DNA of 64,000 nucleotides from Nitrospira sp. (GTDB lineage: Bacteria; Nitrospirota; Nitrospiria; Nitrospirales; Nitrospiraceae), in assembly GCA_041742455.1 (NCBI GenBank), contig JBGSIO010000145.1:9335-73334 (forward strand). The letters run 5' to 3'. Below the pieces are notes generated by a model. It was not told where the DNA came from. It worked only from the letters and a program-made list of their open reading frames with translations, and searched no databases. Position 1 is the first letter of the stretch. Every line of letters begins with the position of its first letter. A program made the translations under genes and the position numbers. This document shows positions 58,813 through 64,000 of this stretch, piece after piece.

Positions 58813-59763
58813 CTATGGCATCCATAGATACATGAACTGTGGCGTCCCTCCTCTGACAAATGACGCCAGATCGAAGTCGGTAAAACCTGCCAGGACACCA
58901 GGTGCCAGAAGTCGTGAGTAGACGTTGTTGGAGTATTCTCCCGGACGCTGGTAGGTCACGACGCGGGCTTCTGTCAGTCCCGCCTTCTTCTTGGCCAACT
59001 CAACCGCATCTTCCAGATAGCCGATCTCATCGACTAAGCCCGCCGTTTTGGCTTGCTCACCGGTATAGATCCGTCCATCGGCCAATCGTTTGATCTGCTC
59101 CATCTGTAAGTTGGAGCGGCCCTCCTGCACGATGTTCAAGAATCGTTGATAAAATGAATCGATGAGTCCTTGAAAGATGGCTCGTTCTTCCAGCGTCATG
59201 GTGCGAAACGGCGAGCCCATGTCCTTGCGAGGGCCTGATGTGACCGCCGTTGCCTCAACTCCGATTTTTTCCAACAACCCTTTGGCGTTGACCGTGAGCA
59301 TGATGACACCGATACTGCCGGTGACGGATGATGGATGAGCAAGAACGGTATCCGCTGCGGCGGCAATATAGTATCCCCCGGATGTCCCGATATCCATGAT
59401 CGTCGCGATGATGGGGATTTTTCGTGTGGCTTTGAACGTCTTGAGTTCATGATAAATAATATCCGACGCCGTGACCGTCCCACCTGGCGTATTGATACGA
59501 AGCACGATCGCTTTGATCTGCTCATCCTTTGAGGCCCGTGTCAGCTGTTCCTTCACGCTCGCGATCATACTGACCGAAGGCCGGAGTCCTTCCTTCTCCT
59601 GAGAACTGATGACTCCGGAAATTTCGATCAGTAAGACCTTTGCCTTTCCGGTCCCATCGACCTGGGCTTCTTGCAGAGGTCCTGGTCCAGGGAACAGCGG
59701 AAAGTTAAACGTGCAGCCGGATAAACAGAGTCCGATGACGGCCACGACCAAGCAATTACGCAT
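58813..59763 (-). CDS. sppA: Signal peptide peptidase SppA (short form), lipoprotein; true start 59763
   Basis: [34 protein letters not shown]. Confidence 0.93.
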   Translation of the reverse strand: MRNCLVVAVIGLCLSGCTFNFPLFPGPGPLQEAQVDGTGKAKVLLIEISGVISSQEKEGLRPSVSMIASVKEQLTRASKDEQIKAIVLRINTPGGTVTASDIIYHELKTFKATRKIPIIATIMDIGTSGGYYIAAAADTVLAHPSSVTGSIGVIMLTVNAKGLLEKIGVEATAVTSGPRKDMGSPFRTMTLEERAIFQGLIDSFYQRFLNIVQEGRSNLQMEQIKRLADGRIYTGEQAKTAGLVDEIGYLEDAVELAKKKAGLTEARVVTYQRPGEYSNNVYSRLLAPGVLAGFTDFDLASFVRGGTPQFMYLWMP

Positions 59764-60934
59764 GTTGTTTCTCCATAAGTTGCACGAATTCTTCAAACAA
59801 GTACGCAGCATCATGGGGTCCCGGTGCCGCCTCCGGGTGGTACTGCACGGAGAACACCGGATGGTCCATGCACGCCATTCCTTCGATCGAGTAATCATTC
59901 AGGCTGACATGGGTGAGCGATAGTTTCCCATAGCGTGTCTCGATTACCGGCGGTGCCTTCGGCACTTCGCGAAGAGGCGCAGGACTCTGCACGGCGAAGT
60001 TATGATTCTGCGAGGTGATTTCAACTTTTCTCGAACGGAGATCCATCACAGGATGGTTGGTCCCATGATGACCGAATTTCAGCTTGTAGGTTTTGAGGCC
60101 AAAGGCTAAGCACAGAATCTGATGGCCTAAACAAATACCGAAGATTGGATACCGACCAATCAGCTCCTCCAGGGCCTTAACCGCATAGGGAACTCCTTCC
60201 GGATCACCTGGGCCGTTAGAGAGGAAAATACCGTCTGGTCGTAGCGCTTCAACCTCTGCCGCAGATGTCCCAGCCGGCACAACCGTCACCTGACAACCCA
60301 CATCGACCAATCGCCTCAGAATGTTATATTTGATCCCAAAGTCGTAGGCCACGACTCGCCACCGTGTAGACCGTCCGTAGTCTCGCCCATTTGTCGAGGC
60401 CTCTGGTATCCACTCGCCTGATCCTGTCGTCCATTCGTATGCACACGCGCAGGTGACCTCGGTGGCCAAGTCTCGCCCAATGATACTGGGTGCTTGCTTG
60501 GCTCGACCGATGGCTCGGTCACGATCCAAATCGACATGCGTTATGACCCCCTGTTGCGACCCATGCTCACGTAAATGCCGCGTCAAGGCTCTCGTATCGA
60601 TTCCTTCGATTGCGACGACCTGCGCTTCCGTCAGCATTTCCTGAATCGTCTGCTTACTTCGCCAGTTACTGATCAGACGGCTAGCCTCCAATACGACGAA
60701 GCCTTCAGCCCATGATCGACGCGACTCCATATCTTCCGGTGTCACACCGTAATTGCCGATGTGCGGGCACGTCATGGTGATGATCTGCCCCTTATACGAT
60801 GGATCAGTCAGTACCTCTTGATAGCCGGTCATAGCCGTGTTAAAGACGACTTCGCCGACCGTCTCCCCTTCATAGCCAAGCGCACGGCCTTCGAATACCG
60901 TCCCATCTGCCAGTGCCAACAACGCCTTTTTCAT
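59756..60934 (-). CDS. carA: Carbamoyl-phosphate synthase small subunit
   Basis: [38 protein letters not shown]. Confidence 0.98.
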   Translation of the reverse strand: MKKALLALADGTVFEGRALGYEGETVGEVVFNTAMTGYQEVLTDPSYKGQIITMTCPHIGNYGVTPEDMESRRSWAEGFVVLEASRLISNWRSKQTIQEMLTEAQVVAIEGIDTRALTRHLREHGSQQGVITHVDLDRDRAIGRAKQAPSIIGRDLATEVTCACAYEWTTGSGEWIPEASTNGRDYGRSTRWRVVAYDFGIKYNILRRLVDVGCQVTVVPAGTSAAEVEALRPDGIFLSNGPGDPEGVPYAVKALEELIGRYPIFGICLGHQILCLAFGLKTYKLKFGHHGTNHPVMDLRSRKVEITSQNHNFAVQSPAPLREVPKAPPVIETRYGKLSLTHVSLNDYSIEGMACMDHPVFSVQYHPEAAPGPHDAAYLFEEFVQLMEKQHA

Positions 60935-61452
60935 ACCCCTTGTCCACCCAGATCGATCGACCGTTTCGTCTTGATCCCGATAAGAATCAGTCCCAAGACA
61001 AGGTTAAGCATATACAGCGACCTGATCGGCATCAAAACACGAAAGAGGCTCTCCAACGCCGCTTTCTTTGCCGTCTCATCCTTCGTCGCGAACGCCTGCG
61101 CTTGTAGCTCCGCAGCATGTGGATGCAACACCGCGATAATGAGCCCCGCGATCATGACCATCACGACCAGCACGATGATCTCGCTGCGTCCGACCGCTAT
61201 CATTGGATCCCCGATCCACCATCGAAACCACGCTGCGACACAGAGGATCACGCTCGCACCTATCACAAACCGCTGATACCCTTCGAACGTTCGTGTCAAA
61301 AACATCCCTCCAGAATCCTGTCCACCGAATGTGTTGAACACGGCCGGAATGACCGCCCCGCTCAGCACAATCATTCCTCCCACCCATATCGTAAGAGCCA
61401 CCCATTCAAGCGTCAGACAACCGACCTTTCCCCAACAGGGCACGTGTCGCAC
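60931..61452 (-). CDS. Membrane protein, DUF4149-like; likely GTG start about 61452
   Basis: Four TM helices; LTIWVGG...VIPAVF. Confidence 0.75.
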   Translation of the reverse strand: MRHVPCWGKVGCLTLEWVALTIWVGGMIVLSGAVIPAVFNTFGGQDSGGMFLTRTFEGYQRFVIGASVILCVAAWFRWWIGDPMIAVGRSEIIVLVVMVMIAGLIIAVLHPHAAELQAQAFATKDETAKKAALESLFRVLMPIRSLYMLNLVLGLILIGIKTKRSIDLGGQGV

Positions 61453-61456
61453 GGCA

Positions 61457-62743
61457 CTATCGTCCCGCGACACCGGTCTCAAATACGACCCGGCCGCCGA
61501 CGATGGTGACATGCACCCGTCCCTTGACCTTCCACCCAGCGAACGGCGTATTGCGGCTCTTAGACCGAAACTTCGTCGGATCGACTTCCCATTGTTCGTG
61601 CTGATCCACGATCACTACATCGGCATCTGCACCGACTGCAAGTGTACCCTTGTTCAGTCCGAACGCCGTCGCCGGTGCCGATGTCAGTTTCTGCACCGCT
61701 TGTTCCAGTGACAGCACGCCTTCTTCCACCAATCCCAACGTCAACGGAAGCGCCGTCTCAAGCCCAACGATTCCGAATGGGGCCTCGGTAAAGTCTTGCT
61801 GCTTTTCCTGCGTCGCATGGGGCGCATGATCCGTCGCGATCACATCGATCGTCCCGTCTCGCAATCCTTCCTTGATCGCTTGGACATCTGCCCATGTGCG
61901 CAACGGAGGGTTCATCTTGGCGTGCGTATTGTATCCGCGCACCAACTCTTCTGTGAGCATGAAGTGATGCGGACAGGCTTCGGCGGTCACGTGAATCCCA
62001 CGACCTTTTGCTTCGCGGACCATCCGAACAGACCCAGTCGTGCTGATATGTGCAAGATGGAGCCGGGCTCCGGTCAGCTCAGAGAGTGAGAGATTGCGCG
62101 CGACCATGACATCCTCCGCAGCCGCGGGGATACCCGGCAATCCAAGCTCGGTCGAGATCAATCCTTCGTTCATGCAGCCGCCTTCAGCCAAATGCAGATC
62201 TTCACAATGGTCGACGACTGCGAGATCGAATGCCAAGGCGTATTCCATCGCGCGCCGCATGACCAGACTGTTCATGACGGGCTTTCCATCGTCAGAGATC
62301 GCTACGCAGCCGGACCGTCGTAAATCACCGATCTCCGCTAACTCCTTCCCCTCCGATCCCTTCGTAATCGCACCGATCGGCAAGACGTTCGCAAGGCCAG
62401 CCAATCGAGAACGTTCCAGCATGAATTCAGTGACCGCTTGATTGTCATTCACTGGATTCGTGTTCGGCATGCAACAGACCGTCGTAAAGCCACCCGCGAC
62501 GGCTGCAGCACTGCCGCTTTGAATCGTCTCCTTGTACTCAAATCCCGGTTCACGAAAGTGGACATGCAAATCGACAAACCCCGGCATGACGACTTTCCCA
62601 CTCGCTTGAATGGTTCGAGCCTCAGCCGGTGCGGGAAGATTCTGACCAAGCGCCGCGATTTTCCCGTTGTCAATCAGCACATCAGCGATCCCAACAAATC
62701 GTCCGGGGTCAAGAACACGCCCACCTTTAATCAGAATCGACAC
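61457..62743 (-). CDS. pyrC: Dihydroorotase; true start GTG 62743
   Basis: DLHVHFREPG, KMNPPLR, ATDHAPH. Confidence 0.96.
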   Translation of the reverse strand: MSILIKGGRVLDPGRFVGIADVLIDNGKIAALGQNLPAPAEARTIQASGKVVMPGFVDLHVHFREPGFEYKETIQSGSAAAVAGGFTTVCCMPNTNPVNDNQAVTEFMLERSRLAGLANVLPIGAITKGSEGKELAEIGDLRRSGCVAISDDGKPVMNSLVMRRAMEYALAFDLAVVDHCEDLHLAEGGCMNEGLISTELGLPGIPAAAEDVMVARNLSLSELTGARLHLAHISTTGSVRMVREAKGRGIHVTAEACPHHFMLTEELVRGYNTHAKMNPPLRTWADVQAIKEGLRDGTIDVIATDHAPHATQEKQQDFTEAPFGIVGLETALPLTLGLVEEGVLSLEQAVQKLTSAPATAFGLNKGTLAVGADADVVIVDQHEQWEVDPTKFRSKSRNTPFAGWKVKGRVHVTIVGGRVVFETGVAGR

Positions 62744-62777
62744 GGAGAGCTCCTCTCTGAGAAATATTTCCCATCCG

Positions 62778-63698
62778 CTAACTCGCTCCCGACATGAGGT
62801 ACAAAATTCCCATTCGCACCGCAACGCCGTTGGCGACTTGGTCGAGAATGACCGAGGACAGACTATCGGCCACTTCCGGCGCGATTTCGACTCCCCGATT
62901 GATCGGCCCCGGATGCATGACAATCACTCCGGTGTCCGCAATCTGTACTCGATCAGCTGTCAAGCCGTAGAGCCGCGAATATTCCCGGATGGTCGGAAAC
63001 AACGCGCGTCCCTGACGCTCCAATTGCAACCGAAGCATCATGATGACATTCACGTCGCGCAGGCCTTCGTCCATGTGGTGGTATACCTTCGGTCCGAGCT
63101 TCTCCACACCGCACGGCATCATCGTCGGTGGCCCAATCAGACGCACTTCTGCGCCAAGCTTAACGAGCGCATAAATGTTCGACCGAGCGACTCGACTATG
63201 CGATACATCTCCGACGATGGCCACGCGCAGGCCCTTAAAGCTCATCCCTCGTTGGCGGATCGTATACAGATCGAGCAAGGCCTGCGTCGGATGCTCATGC
63301 CATCCGTCGCCGGCATTGATGACCGACGACTTGACCCCGTTTGCGAGGGTTTCTGCAGCACCAGCGGACGAGTGACGCAGGACGATAATGTCGGCTTGCA
63401 TGGCTTCAATGTTCCGGGCCGTGTCGAGCAACGTCTCTCCCTTCACCACACTGCTGGAAGACGGCGCAAAGTTAATCACGTCGGCACTGAGCCGCTTGGC
63501 TGCTAATTCAAAGGACGTGCGGGTTCTCGTGCTTGGCTCAAAGAACAGATTCACAACCGTCTTGCCCCTGAGAGCCGGTACTTTTTTGATCTCTCGTCCT
63601 GTCACTTCCTTGAAGGAGTCGGCCGTTTCCAGGATGAGTGTCATCTCATCCACCGATAAAGAGGCAAGACTCAACAGATCTTTGCGCTTGAGGCTCAT
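62778..63698 (-). CDS. pyrB: Aspartate carbamoyltransferase catalytic subunit
   Basis: [29 protein letters not shown]. Confidence 0.98.
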   Translation of the reverse strand: MSLKRKDLLSLASLSVDEMTLILETADSFKEVTGREIKKVPALRGKTVVNLFFEPSTRTRTSFELAAKRLSADVINFAPSSSSVVKGETLLDTARNIEAMQADIIVLRHSSAGAAETLANGVKSSVINAGDGWHEHPTQALLDLYTIRQRGMSFKGLRVAIVGDVSHSRVARSNIYALVKLGAEVRLIGPPTMMPCGVEKLGPKVYHHMDEGLRDVNVIMMLRLQLERQGRALFPTIREYSRLYGLTADRVQIADTGVIVMHPGPINRGVEIAPEVADSLSSVILDQVANGVAVRMGILYLMSGAS

Positions 63699-63711
63699 AA
63701 GATCCTCCGCT

Positions 63712-64000
<289 letters not shown>

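Overview
Bacterial chromosome window whose gene content and repeat types point to Nitrospira/Nitrospirota (inference, no search run). It has four blocks. (1) 1.4-22.0 kb: about 13 predicted exported proteins, including two paralogous ~1,600-aa multicopper oxidases with MnxG-like permuted Cu-motif order, two amicyanin-loop (CxxHxxM) cupredoxins, four Cys-less FGE/SUMF1-fold proteins, two LolA/DUF4412-like proteins, a secreted HEAT-repeat protein and a trypsin-PDZ protease. The upstream oxidase has a sigma54-like promoter and a densely structured ~230-nt leader that looks like an unannotated cis-regulatory RNA. (2) 22.7-31.2 kb: a sigma70-driven minus-strand operon with an orphan GlmL/MutL-type ASKHA ATPase, a barrel-sandwich-hybrid protein, four membrane proteins and a degenerate MEMO-family protein; no glutamate mutase genes are present. 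(3) 31.3-41.0 kb: an accessory island with TA genes, a 1,642-aa SF1 helicase-Vsr-like nuclease, a HEPN-motif protein, pseudogenes, eroded attC-like sites, two homologous promoter+attI-like modules and two 71-bp inverted-repeat elements; it resembles a decaying integron cassette array with no integrase in the window. (4) 41.2-64 kb: housekeeping genes (plsY, pgsA, kdsD, kdsA, pyrG, kdsB, rfaE1, lepB, lepA, bioA, greA, carB, sppA, carA, pyrC, pyrB, pyrR). I saw no rRNA, tRNA or CRISPR array by eye.
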